Source: Candidatus Saganbacteria bacterium (GTDB lineage Bacteria > Margulisbacteria > WOR-1 > O2-12-FULL-45-9). From it: a DNA stretch of 64,000 nt. Positions 8,911-18,211 of the stretch are shown here, one piece after another. The position numbers and the translations under genes were made by a program. Under the pieces are notes generated by a model, which did no database searches, was not told the origin of the DNA, and was given only the letters and a program-made list of their open reading frames with translations. The first letter of the stretch is position 1; each line of letters begins with the position of its first letter. The stretch lies in assembly GCA_016932255.1 (NCBI GenBank), contig JAFGDE010000015.1, forward strand, positions 29,694-93,693, written 5' to 3'.

Positions 8911-9989
8911 GAGCCGATTAGCTTGACCAGTTCACGCTGGCAATGATCCAGACATTTTTTTGCCAATGACTTATTGGTCCTCAATGCCTTCCTGGCATAA
9001 CTCCGGCAATGTCTACATCCCCGGCAATCGCTCCTGCAGTCCGGCTTATTTTTTATGAAGTAGTCCAAAAAACCGTCCAGCGCCTGATTATCTATGTAAA
9101 AAACCCTGCCCAGGTCATCCGGCGTTGAAAAACATTCGAATAAATGTTGCAGGTTGCCCCTGAAATTCCCTTTCATATAGGTCTCCACCGTTCGTGGGAG
9201 GTCATAGTCGATCGGTTTGCGGCCTATGATCTTGAAATACTTAACTCCTCGACTAGCATAAGAACGCACATCTTCGGGCCGGATCCAGCCCGCCTTAATC
9301 CTCTCAAGTGGATTGCCCAGCTGCTGCATGGCACAGCGCAATTTTATATAATCATCTTTTGCCGCACCATCTTTCGTACTGGTGCCGTGCGCATTGACGT
9401 TGTAATGATACTGTTCGAAGGGACAATTGTTAACACAAAGAAAATTTACTATCAGCTCTGTGTCAACTTCCCTGCTGGCATGTTCGATAAACTCAAAGTC
9501 CCTGTTCATGTTCTCATCAAGATTGATCCGATCGCACCCTAATGCCTTGAAGGCCATGACCTTATTGATCGAGTCGACCTGGGCAATGACCGAAGCAGTC
9601 ACCTTCTGTTCCAGGAAATGCCTTTTTACCAACTCGATTACAGACGGAACAGCAATCGTGAAACGATCCACGCCGCAATCGATCAGGCTGGCCACGAAGC
9701 CTATTATCCTCTTGACTCCGCGGGGCTGCAGCTCAAGATTGCCCCAGCATGAAGCATTTAAAGTGTAATTGAATTGGATGCTCCGCCGATGCGAATGACG
9801 GATATACTTGCTCAGCTCTTTGAGGTTAATCTTTGGGAGTTTCGAGGCATGGCGGCCGGAACCTATATCAGGCAAGAGAATATTGCCATATGTTTCGATT
9901 ATCTGATCACTAGCATACCTATCGTTCAGAACGGAATATGCATCTAATGTGCGCTTTTCGTAGTCAGCAGGCAGGCAATAATAACTCAT
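8907..9989 (-). CDS. U32-family-like protein (peptidase U32 / UbiU-UbiV-type fold) with Cys-rich C-terminal tail
   Basis: TIM-barrel-like pattern: GVDRFTIAVPSVIELVKRHF, VTASVIAQVDS, ALGCDRINLDENMNRD, ELIVNFLCVNNCPF. This resembles the U32 signature region. C-terminus: CRSDCRGCRHC. Judged by eye only. Confidence 0.45.
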   Translation of the reverse strand: MSYYCLPADYEKRTLDAYSVLNDRYASDQIIETYGNILLPDIGSGRHASKLPKINLKELSKYIRHSHRRSIQFNYTLNASCWGNLELQPRGVKRIIGFVASLIDCGVDRFTIAVPSVIELVKRHFLEQKVTASVIAQVDSINKVMAFKALGCDRINLDENMNRDFEFIEHASREVDTELIVNFLCVNNCPFEQYHYNVNAHGTSTKDGAAKDDYIKLRCAMQQLGNPLERIKAGWIRPEDVRSYASRGVKYFKIIGRKPIDYDLPRTVETYMKGNFRGNLQHLFECFSTPDDLGRVFYIDNQALDGFLDYFIKNKPDCRSDCRGCRHCRSYARKALRTNKSLAKKCLDHCQRELVKLIGS

Positions 9990-10010
9990 CCGATCACCAC
10001 CGGATAAATT

Positions 10011-10043
10011 TAGCCCTTATGCAAAGCCTACGCATAAGGGCTA
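10011..10043 (-). terminator. perfect 12-bp-stem hairpin between the 45-aa ORF and the U32-like gene (possible attenuating terminator)
   Basis: tagcccttatgc (10011-10022) / gcataagggcta (10032-10043), 9-nt loop. Flanks are A/T-rich but there is no long U-tract. Confidence 0.5.
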
Positions 10044-10060
10044 AAATATTTGATTACTCC

Positions 10061-10198
10061 TTACCAGGAACCGCCAACCTTGATAGCCTTATTGACCTGC
10101 TTTTTTAGAGACATTAAATCGGCCTGAACTTTCATCGCAGCTTTCCTAATGTCTTTTTTATTAGTTATTTTCCCTTTGGCTGCCTTTTTAATAGCCAT
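10061..10198 (-). CDS. unannotated 45-aa Lys-rich ORF (candidate precursor peptide or small basic protein)
   Basis: Codon-by-codon reverse translation gives MAIKKAAKGKITNKKDIRKAAMKVQADLMSLKKQVNKAIKVGGSW, then TAA. GAGGAGGTG SD lies 5 nt before the ATG (GGAGG core 7 nt). It has its own promoter. It is below the 60-aa track cutoff. Confidence 0.5.
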   Translation of the reverse strand: MAIKKAAKGKITNKKDIRKAAMKVQADLMSLKKQVNKAIKVGGSW

Positions 10199-10221
10199 AA
10201 TTTCACCTCCTCTTGTCTATC

Positions 10222-10250
10222 ATATTAAGCCTCATTATCTGGATTGTCAA
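10222..10250 (-). promoter_or_regulatory. near-consensus sigma70-type promoter for the 45-aa ORF
   Basis: On the minus strand: TTGACA (10250-10245), 17-nt spacer, TAATAT (10227-10222). It sits just after the stop of the upstream GT gene. Confidence 0.6.
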
Positions 10251-10254
10251 CCTT

Positions 10255-11076
10255 TTAGCCGTTTCTTCCCGGACCCCTCATATATTCCGCATGGCTTTCC
10301 AGCCTGGCGCATATTTGTCTTTTAATTTCTATCTGTTCCCTTGCGCTCAATTTCAGTCTGCGCCTCTTGATCATATTATCCACAGCTGTCATTAGGACTC
10401 GTTTTCTCTCGCTCATGTTAATCTTGATTAATTGATTTTGCTGATGCACCCGCTTCAAATATAAGATCTTATCCAATAGATGGATTGGCCCAATTTCTTC
10501 AAGCTGAAGAAAGATGTTAATATCCCCGCCTATCGCTTTAATGACTTCGCCTTTTCCCTTGAGGTCTATTCCCCTCCAACCCGAGGTTTTCTCATAGGCC
10601 GAACGTTTAATAATATATGGTTGACCAAAATTGATGGGATCGACCGTTGCGCCTTTGTAAAAAGTCCTTGGCTGGAATATATAATTGTGAGCTGGGATAG
10701 CGATATAACGGCCCTGAGCATTAATGGCCCGGAATCTCCCTCTGACCAGCACAGCTTCAGGATGTCTGGCACAATAACGGCTGAAGGCTTTGACCGAATC
10801 CGCCACTAAAAGATCATCATCATCGATCAGGAAAAAGTATTTTGCCGATGTTCTGTCGATTAGCCAGCGTTTCGCCTCACCGCTACCCAAGTCTTTTCCA
10901 GCAAAATGCACCGCGACCTTGGGGCTGGAAAACTCTTTACAAATGGAATATATCTCGGGATCGTTCCTGGCCACCAGAACGGTCAACTTCCAATTGTTCG
11001 CCTTCTGCCTCAGAACGCTCTTGATTGAAGCGATAGACAATCTGCCTTTTCGGGTCACCGGCATAAGAATGTCCAT
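10255..11076 (-). CDS. glycosyltransferase-like protein (GT2-like, DxD)
   Basis: MDILMPVTRKGRLSIASIKSVLRQ..., KLTVLVARND, FFLIDDDDLL. I use ATG 11076, 1 nt after the upstream stop at 11078-11080, rather than the track start 11157. Confidence 0.6.
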   Translation of the reverse strand: MDILMPVTRKGRLSIASIKSVLRQKANNWKLTVLVARNDPEIYSICKEFSSPKVAVHFAGKDLGSGEAKRWLIDRTSAKYFFLIDDDDLLVADSVKAFSRYCARHPEAVLVRGRFRAINAQGRYIAIPAHNYIFQPRTFYKGATVDPINFGQPYIIKRSAYEKTSGWRGIDLKGKGEVIKAIGGDINIFLQLEEIGPIHLLDKILYLKRVHQQNQLIKINMSERKRVLMTAVDNMIKRRRLKLSAREQIEIKRQICARLESHAEYMRGPGRNG

Positions 11077-11077
11077 A

Positions 11078-11974
11078 TCAAACACTTTTTTTACCTCTTT
11101 TGATCCTAAATAAATGATAAATGAACCAGGCCAAGGAACAAATAAAATAGCGGACATGGGACAGCATTTGACAAAATAATTTCCCTAAAAAGATAATTTT
11201 ACGCCGAAGTGAATAGTTCTTTATAATAAAATATATACGATTCCTCATCTCTCTGCGGTTCAACAAAAGCCAGTCAATCTTTATCGGCGCATTGATGTAA
11301 TATCGGCCTTCACTGGAAGGCCGATGAGCAATCTCCAGTTTTGGCTCGACGATTAATTCGTAACCGGCCTGTTTAATGCGATAAAATATGTCCAGGTCTT
11401 CATGGAGCCATTCATAATATTCGTCGAACTGACCGACTTGATCCAAGACCCTTTTCGGCACAACGGCAAAACAGGTGCTCAAATAATCAGAGTCATTGAT
11501 CTGCCGCTTAGCGAATAGATTCTTCCTGTCGGCCAACAGATCCATTGTGCCGTCCCAAGAACGCAGATAAAGGCCCAGATGCTGTATCCTGTCCCTGTTC
11601 CAATAATAAATCTTTCCACTCAGTCCACCAATACTGCCCTTGCCGTCCATTAGCCTGAGAATGGCCGGGAATATCCCTCGGCTCAGGATGACTGCATCAG
11701 AATCAAGAAAGACGATGTATTTCCCGGTTGCTAGGGCTACGGCCTGATTCCTTGCCTTGGCTGGACTGAACGCTTGGCCATTTCTTATAAGCTTGATATC
11801 GAGATGGTCCTTAAAAGTTTCGATCACTTTGATCGAAGCATCGTCGGAAGCATTATCGACAATGACCAGCTCAAGGTCAACATAGCTTTGCTCCAGCACC
11901 GAAAGCAAACATTCTTGCAAGGCGCTGGCACGATTCCGCGTCACAACAATGATCGAAAACATATTGGTTTTCAC
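11078..11974 (-). CDS. family 2 glycosyltransferase
   Basis: FSIIVVTRNRASALQECLLSVLEQSY, LVIVDNASDD, IVFLDSDAV. 4-nt overlap with the upstream gene. Confidence 0.85.
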   Translation of the reverse strand: MKTNMFSIIVVTRNRASALQECLLSVLEQSYVDLELVIVDNASDDASIKVIETFKDHLDIKLIRNGQAFSPAKARNQAVALATGKYIVFLDSDAVILSRGIFPAILRLMDGKGSIGGLSGKIYYWNRDRIQHLGLYLRSWDGTMDLLADRKNLFAKRQINDSDYLSTCFAVVPKRVLDQVGQFDEYYEWLHEDLDIFYRIKQAGYELIVEPKLEIAHRPSSEGRYYINAPIKIDWLLLNRREMRNRIYFIIKNYSLRRKIIFLGKLFCQMLSHVRYFICSLAWFIYHLFRIKRGKKSV

Positions 11975-12816
11975 TTTAAGACGGCCCCTTGTCTTTCTAT
12001 AAGCTTCATGAGAGCCTTTGAATGATTTTTATTGTGGTATCTTTTGGCTAATGCGACACCCCACCCTGGCTTGCCCAAATCATCAAGGACCCTGATGACC
12101 TGCCGGAAGTATGTCAAGCTTACCTTCTCTTTCTTTTTCATCATTTGCGACAGACGTTTGGCGTATACCCGACGGCAGTTATCCGCTAAAAGTCTCTCTT
12201 CTTTAAGGCAGATGTTCCCGCCATGGATGTTATGCTTACCGACAAGTTTTGGCACATGGCGGAACGGATAAGCATCGGAAAGCCGCAAAAGGAACTCCCA
12301 ATCCTCAAAAATCGTCAATGTTTCATCAAAAACACCAATGCGCTCAACACAGGCCCGGCGATGGAGAATGACAAGGGGATAGAGATAGTTCCCTCGCTCG
12401 AGTTTTGCCCGCCGATGCTTCGGACGAACGACCTGAAGCCTTGTGCCGTAATCGATATGGCAATCACCATATACAAGCCCAACCTCCGACTTATCTTCTA
12501 GTGCCGCAACGAGATATTTTAAATGGTCAGGATAATATTCATCGTCATCGTCACAATAAGCTATATACTGTCCTGATGAAGCTCTTATCGCAGCATTCCT
12601 GCAGGCCGCTGCTCCCGAATGTCGTTTCTTGATCAATCTTATTCTGCTGTCTTTATATTTTTTCAATTCCCTCTCGGTTGCTTGCTCTGGCCCGTCTAGA
12701 ACCACTAAAAGTTCCCAATTATCGTAGGACTGCGCCAGAACACTGCTGACCGCACGACCGATCAAATCAGACCTTTTGAATGTCGGCATGACAATGCTGA
12801 CCAACGCGCGCTTCAT
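11971..12816 (-). CDS. family 2 glycosyltransferase
   Basis: VSIVMPTFKRSDLIGRAVSSVLAQSY, LLVVLDGPE, IAYCDDDDEYYPDHL. 4-nt overlap with the upstream rSAM gene. Confidence 0.85.
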   Translation of the reverse strand: MKRALVSIVMPTFKRSDLIGRAVSSVLAQSYDNWELLVVLDGPEQATERELKKYKDSRIRLIKKRHSGAAACRNAAIRASSGQYIAYCDDDDEYYPDHLKYLVAALEDKSEVGLVYGDCHIDYGTRLQVVRPKHRRAKLERGNYLYPLVILHRRACVERIGVFDETLTIFEDWEFLLRLSDAYPFRHVPKLVGKHNIHGGNICLKEERLLADNCRRVYAKRLSQMMKKKEKVSLTYFRQVIRVLDDLGKPGWGVALAKRYHNKNHSKALMKLIERQGAVLK

Positions 12817-13859
12817 TTATCTCCGCCTCGGCCCGACCGGCCACTCTTGCTCTGAACTTCAAGATATCTCTTTAGATTATCGATAAAGAAACAATCATGG
12901 ATACAGTAGCACTTCGTAATTCTGCGCCTCATCTCTTCGGCAGCTTTTGATCGCCAAACCTTGGGAAAACAAAGATCATGATCACGCACATTACCAACAG
13001 GCCGAGTGAACTCACAAAGCGCCACCGCGCCATCAGCATAAAGGATCCCCTGATCCTGGCCCGCTGAACAGCTAGAAAAGATCGGCTTGCCGGTCTTGAG
13101 CATCTTTATCTGATAAGTCAACCGCTTGAACAGGTGTGACCTATCCCGATATTTCCCCTTTTTCCGGAAATACCTGTCCATCTTCTCAAGTTTTTTTATC
13201 GGCGGCAATTTCAACTTGGTCGGCTTGAGGTCGGCAATCGTTTCTTCATTCAGGCCCCATATCGTCCCTGGTATCTGGCGCATTATCATGAGATGCTGCT
13301 CCACTCCGATCTCTTTAGCCAGATACTCCGATAACTCCTCCATCTCATCGATGTTGCCCTCATGGACAACCGTCAAGACAGCAACACCTAGATTCGTCGA
13401 CTGCCGCTGCAGTTCTTTCATCAGAGAAACCGTCTCAAGCGCAGCGCTGAACGATCCCGGAACAGATCGAATGCTATCATGCGTGGGAGCAAATCCATCA
13501 ATCGAGACCTGCACTAATATCGGACAGGCACAATCATCAACGATCTTGGACATTTGCCGGGCAATCTCTCCGGACATCAAACCATTAGTACAAATAAAGA
13601 TCTCCTTGGAACCATTGAGCTTATAGAACGCTTTTGCGATCTGCGGCAGATCCTCCCTGAGGAAAGGCTCGCCGCCGGTCAGACTTAATAGCTCCAAGGG
13701 CGCCTGAAACGAAGCTGCTATTTTTTTGATCTCCGATAGGGACAATTCTCTGTTCGAACGTGTCTTGTTCGTTGGCACAAAGCAGTGCTTGCATTTCAGG
13801 TTGCACCTATCGGTCACAAAAAAACCCAATTTTTTGAGGATTACGTCCATTTTATTCAC
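12813..13859 (-). CDS. radical SAM protein with C-terminal SPASM/twitch-like Cys cluster
   Basis: CNLKCKHC near the N-terminus, LTGGEPFL. C-terminal: SSCSAGQDQGILYADGAVALC...GNV...CYCIHDC. Confidence 0.85.
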   Translation of the reverse strand: MNKMDVILKKLGFFVTDRCNLKCKHCFVPTNKTRSNRELSLSEIKKIAASFQAPLELLSLTGGEPFLREDLPQIAKAFYKLNGSKEIFICTNGLMSGEIARQMSKIVDDCACPILVQVSIDGFAPTHDSIRSVPGSFSAALETVSLMKELQRQSTNLGVAVLTVVHEGNIDEMEELSEYLAKEIGVEQHLMIMRQIPGTIWGLNEETIADLKPTKLKLPPIKKLEKMDRYFRKKGKYRDRSHLFKRLTYQIKMLKTGKPIFSSCSAGQDQGILYADGAVALCEFTRPVGNVRDHDLCFPKVWRSKAAEEMRRRITKCYCIHDCFFIDNLKRYLEVQSKSGRSGRGGDK

Positions 13860-15216
13860 GCAATAACCTTACAAATTCCCTGGTATTAGAACCATGGGCC
13901 TTATAATAATCCATGAAATCCATGGGCCTATCTTTGATATTGTACGCCTCGGGATCAAGATGCATTGGCGCAGCCGGTTCAATTAGGACATCAAGGTGAA
14001 ATATCTGGTCAACATGCCTATATCTGCCTTTTATGAATCGAATCATCTTCCTGGTCATTCGTTTTGCGCTCTCGGGCTGGCCAGGCATTTCCTTTATGAA
14101 ATACAGGATCGAACGTATCCCTTTAGCTTCAAAATAATCCAGGGCTCGGTAAAATTGATCGTTCGAATAGTAGTGACCCTTGATCTTCTTCCTGAATGAT
14201 TCCGAGCCGCTTTCCGGTGAAAGAGATATATCACTGCCAGGCAGGAAGGTGCGCTCAAACTCGTCGATCAATCTCTTTGAGGGGATGCCCCATGATTCAA
14301 AATCAGCATATATTTTTAGCCCTGCCCGGCGTATACGCCGGAACAATTCAATATAATAACCTGGTCTTCCGGGACAGGGGTCGAAACAGAAATGAAAGAT
14401 CCTGATCTTATAAGTACGGTAATATTTTTGAATATCATGGACTACGCTGTTTATGTCGCGAAAGATCACTTCCTTCCTGCCAAAAAGCATTTTTTGACTT
14501 GAGCGTGACCCGCCGCAGTATGCGCAATCTACGCTGCATCCCCGGCCCAGAGGCACCACAAAGGACCTAACGGGATGCCCGTCAAGCAGGGAGCCGCCGG
14601 GGGACAAAGCCAGTGCATCCAAATAGTTGTCATATTTGTAGATCAGATCAAAATCAGTAAAAGAGAAAGAGTCATTGTCCTTCTTACTAACGACATAGGA
14701 CAGCTTGTTGACAATTATTTTGCCTGAGCTATTTCTCCAGGCGAGATTCGGCACAGAAGCCAAGTCATCAGAACCTCTTTTGCTCTTCAGCAACAGCTCA
14801 TACAGGGGCCGCTCACCATCGCCCCGGATCACGGCATCGACAAAATGGAACCTGGTCAAGATCTGTTCATAAAAGAACGTGGCAGAAAAGCCCCCCATGA
14901 CCACCCTGGCATTAGGTTTTAGCCTTTTTATCATTTCCACTACTTTTATGGTGTGATAGGTTTGATAATGCCACTGCAACGAAACCGCTATTAAAGATAC
15001 ATCGGTCAAGCTGTTCAAATATTCTTTGAGCGAAAAGGCAGGGTCCTGCCTGACCTCGCTTCCTACATTCAGTATCTCAACGCGACATTGCCGCTTCTTT
15101 AAATAAGAGGCCATGGAAAAGAAACCGTGAGGCAGCTTGAGAACGGTTGGTTCCTTGCGAGAGAACCTTGGAATATGCAGCAGAAGACAATCGATCTTGC
15201 GTTTTCTTTTGGTCAT
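13852..15216 (-). CDS. B12-binding-domain radical SAM protein
   Basis: GCSVDCAYCGG after an N-domain with DCLLLHIP and VVMGGFSATF. I prefer ATG 15216 (MTKRKRKIDCLLL) over the track start 15288. Confidence 0.8.
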   Translation of the reverse strand: MTKRKRKIDCLLLHIPRFSRKEPTVLKLPHGFFSMASYLKKRQCRVEILNVGSEVRQDPAFSLKEYLNSLTDVSLIAVSLQWHYQTYHTIKVVEMIKRLKPNARVVMGGFSATFFYEQILTRFHFVDAVIRGDGERPLYELLLKSKRGSDDLASVPNLAWRNSSGKIIVNKLSYVVSKKDNDSFSFTDFDLIYKYDNYLDALALSPGGSLLDGHPVRSFVVPLGRGCSVDCAYCGGSRSSQKMLFGRKEVIFRDINSVVHDIQKYYRTYKIRIFHFCFDPCPGRPGYYIELFRRIRRAGLKIYADFESWGIPSKRLIDEFERTFLPGSDISLSPESGSESFRKKIKGHYYSNDQFYRALDYFEAKGIRSILYFIKEMPGQPESAKRMTRKMIRFIKGRYRHVDQIFHLDVLIEPAAPMHLDPEAYNIKDRPMDFMDYYKAHGSNTREFVRLLRE

Positions 15217-15337
15217 AAATATATCTTTTCTCGGGTGAATGCCTAACGCCTTATAGATTATATCACACTCAATAGACCATAAAAACAACGACAGACCCTC
15301 GCTTTCGCCCGATATTTAAGGGAGAGCGCTCACTGGT

Positions 15338-15366
15338 TTGACTTCAACGTTATTTAGAGTTATATT
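15338..15366 (+). promoter_or_regulatory. sigma70-type promoter for the divergent rSAM pair 15399..18211
   Basis: TTGACT (15338-15343), 17-nt spacer, TATATT (15361-15366), 32 nt before ATG 15399. Confidence 0.55.
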
Positions 15367-15398
15367 GTTCACAGCAAAATGAATGCCAGGCAAGTATC

Positions 15399-17042
15399 AT
15401 GCATCTATTACTGATCGCGCCTCGTTGCCCTCCGAACCAGAGGACCATACCGCTAGGCTTGGCATATATCTCATCCTATCTGAAAAAGGCTGGCAAGAGC
15501 GTTGATTGCCTTGACCTAAACCACTCCGAAGAACCTGTCGCCCAAATCCTACAAAGCTGTTTTAGAAAGAAGCGCTATTCTATTATCTGTTGTGGCGGCC
15601 TTTCGATCTACTACCATCAGATCAAAGAGCTTGTTGAACTCTCACGCAAATATTGCCCCGGAGCAAAAATAGTTCTAGGCGGGGCCTTGGTCTCTTGTGA
15701 GCCCGAGTTGATGCTTGATTCACTTAGGCCGGACTACATTGTGATTGGCGAAGGGGAGCAAACAATCCTGGACCTGATCGACCACCTGGAAAATAAACAA
15801 CCTGTTGAGACAGTGAAAGGGCTCGCTTTCAGGAACAGTCATGGTAAATGCATGCTGTCCCTACCCCGGCCAAGACTGACCGACTTGGATGCCCTGCCGA
15901 TACCCGACTATGAAGCCTTCGGCTACGAACAGTATCTGGACAACATGCATCCGAGCGATATTGAGTTCTACGATATCTTCGATCATCCCCGCGTCCATAG
16001 CATCGTCGGCAGCCGGGATTGTCCTTTCCGGTGCACTTTCTGTTACCATGTTCTGGGCGGAAAATACACCCAAAGATCGATAAAATCAATAATGGACGAG
16101 CTTGAATATGTGGTCAAAAAATATCGGATCAATGTTATTTCCTTTTATGATCAGCTTTTCGCCAAGGACCCTGAGCGCGTCCTCGAGCTATGTTCTAAGA
16201 TCAAGCCTTTCCTTAACTCACTGCCATGGGATTGTAGATGGTTCGTGGCCGGTCTCAGGGTGCCGGATATTAGCGATCACTTGATAAAAGCAATGATCGA
16301 CGCTGGCTGCTTCATGATCTCGTTCGGCCTAGAAAGCTACAGCATTGACATCCTAAAAAGCTATAAGAAACGGACGACCCCGGAACAAATAGAGCGGGCG
16401 GTCCGAACCACTTTCAACAACAGGATCAGCTTGTGGGCGAATTTTGTCTTTTTTGATATTGCCGAAACAAAGCACACAGCTCAGATAACGCTGGATTACT
16501 GGATAAAGAACAGTCAGATTGGTTTGGAACTGACTCATTTGCGCCCCTTCCCCGGCACGGCTATCTACAAGCACTGCTTGGCCAAAGGAACTATTAAAGA
16601 CAAGCTGAAATTCGTCGCCGATGCCAGCCAGCAGTGTTTTAATACGAGCGACCAATTGACTGAGGAAGAATTCAATGAGGTCAGACATAGGATCGCTGAA
16701 GCCTGGGCTCTTCACAGAAAATATGCTGTACCGGAATCTTTGCAGCGTTCAAGCGACGGCACAATATGTTTTACCATAGAATGCCCTCATTGCAAAAGCT
16801 CCATTAAATACAGCAATTATCTATACATCTGGCCGGGAATGAAAATATATTGCCGCCGGTGTCGCAAGACCTTTTTCATGATATCCACCAGACGCAAGCT
16901 TATAAGCCTATCATTACTTTGCATCATTGCCAAAATTGTGCCGGGCAGACTTTGGCAATACTGGAACGGTCTGACCCGCGAATACTTGAGAAAAACTTTC
17001 GACTATGATGACGACAAGATCGAGATATTGTCAGACGAATAG
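15399..17042 (+). CDS. B12-binding-domain radical SAM protein with C-terminal zinc-ribbon and hydrophobic anchor
   Basis: MHLLLIAPR, IVLGGALVS, DCPFRCTFC. C-terminal ECPHC...YCRRC is followed by the helix LISLSLLCIIAKIV. Confidence 0.8.
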   Translation: MHLLLIAPRCPPNQRTIPLGLAYISSYLKKAGKSVDCLDLNHSEEPVAQILQSCFRKKRYSIICCGGLSIYYHQIKELVELSRKYCPGAKIVLGGALVSCEPELMLDSLRPDYIVIGEGEQTILDLIDHLENKQPVETVKGLAFRNSHGKCMLSLPRPRLTDLDALPIPDYEAFGYEQYLDNMHPSDIEFYDIFDHPRVHSIVGSRDCPFRCTFCYHVLGGKYTQRSIKSIMDELEYVVKKYRINVISFYDQLFAKDPERVLELCSKIKPFLNSLPWDCRWFVAGLRVPDISDHLIKAMIDAGCFMISFGLESYSIDILKSYKKRTTPEQIERAVRTTFNNRISLWANFVFFDIAETKHTAQITLDYWIKNSQIGLELTHLRPFPGTAIYKHCLAKGTIKDKLKFVADASQQCFNTSDQLTEEEFNEVRHRIAEAWALHRKYAVPESLQRSSDGTICFTIECPHCKSSIKYSNYLYIWPGMKIYCRRCRKTFFMISTRRKLISLSLLCIIAKIVPGRLWQYWNGLTREYLRKTFDYDDDKIEILSDE

Positions 17043-17056
17043 GATGTTCTGAAATA

Positions 17057-18211
17057 ATGGCAAGACGGGTCCTCAGGCAGGACATCATCAAGTCAAGGGC
17101 TTTTTATGATCCCGCTAGTCTCTCCCCAAGCGAAGAACTGCACTACCTGCAATGGGTCGCCTCAAAGACCAACACGCTTGTTACCGGTTCCAAATGCTCC
17201 TGTCAATGCCTTTTTTGTTTTAGGAAGTATTATCCCAAGGAATCAAAGATATTTTATTTGCCGGAAGTAAAACTGGGACAACTGCGACGAATCTTCCCCT
17301 ACCTCCGTAAAGACCGAGCAATAAGGATTGGCATGTTCGGTAACATCATGGACGGTGATTTTTTTGACCACGACCAGGCCATGCCCATATTAGAGAGCTT
17401 ACGCCAAAGATTCCCCCAGACTGAATTAGTGATCAATTCCTCCAGAGGCACAAATCTAAATAAACCAGCCATTCGGAACATGGCCGATTATAAGAACATT
17501 CTGTTACGCTTACAATTTGTCAGTGCGAACAAAAAGAACAGGGATATGCTCGTAAAAAGACCCAGCACGGATACTGAGATAACAAGCGTTTTAGGCTGGC
17601 TGAGGAAGTACCAGTTGCCTTTCGAAATTGAACTGGTCGCTATCCCTCATTTGCTCGGCTGGAAAGATATCGAACGCACATTTTTCTTTCTTGACGATTA
17701 TGCCCCGGTCCGGATCAAAGTCTACCTGTTCTCTTTTACAAAATACTACATAAAAGAGCTTACTTTCAGCAACAACAAGAAACTTTTAAGAGAATTCTAT
17801 TCTCTGGTGAATAAAGTCAGCAATAAAATCGGTACAAGGATAGACCCCTTCCCACGACCTGTCAGTAAAGGCGACGTTCAGCCCGATCTCTTGAGGGTCA
17901 AGCAGATAAGAAGAACATATAAAGGTAGAATTCTTTTTCTTGTCTCCCAAATGGCCTATCCAGCAATAAAAAAACACATATCCGATACAGATGGCATTAA
18001 AGTCAAAATGGCTAAGAACCTATTCTTTGGCGGGAATATCTCTGTAGCTGGATTATTGACTGCAGAAGATTATTTGCAAGCGGCCGGAAAAGAAGAATTC
18101 GACGTCCTGGTGGTTTCAAGCAAACCATTCAACTATGCCGGGTATGATCTCAAGGGTGATCACAAGCGCCTGCTGAAACAAAGGCTCGGCAAAAAAGTGC
18201 TTTATATTTAA
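17057..18211 (+). CDS. radical SAM protein, DUF512-like C-terminus
   Basis: CSCQCLFCF contains CxxxCxxC. The C-terminal FFGGNISVAGLLTAEDY resembles the DUF512 (TIGR03279-type) motif. No PDZ domain seen. Confidence 0.55.
   Translation: MARRVLRQDIIKSRAFYDPASLSPSEELHYLQWVASKTNTLVTGSKCSCQCLFCFRKYYPKESKIFYLPEVKLGQLRRIFPYLRKDRAIRIGMFGNIMDGDFFDHDQAMPILESLRQRFPQTELVINSSRGTNLNKPAIRNMADYKNILLRLQFVSANKKNRDMLVKRPSTDTEITSVLGWLRKYQLPFEIELVAIPHLLGWKDIERTFFFLDDYAPVRIKVYLFSFTKYYIKELTFSNNKKLLREFYSLVNKVSNKIGTRIDPFPRPVSKGDVQPDLLRVKQIRRTYKGRILFLVSQMAYPAIKKHISDTDGIKVKMAKNLFFGGNISVAGLLTAEDYLQAAGKEEFDVLVVSSKPFNYAGYDLKGDHKRLLKQRLGKKVLYI

Noticed and set aside
10061-10198. Reading the ...KVGGSW end of the 45-aa ORF as a double-glycine leader cleaved by the ABC exporter
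   Set aside because: Cleavage after GG would leave a 2-residue core, and the ABC transporter at 3438..5249 has no N-terminal C39 peptidase domain.
11077-11157. Track start 11157 for the third glycosyltransferase-like gene
   Set aside because: It would overlap the upstream GT2 gene by 80 nt. ATG 11076, 1 nt after that gene's stop, fits the tight coupling seen throughout the operon.
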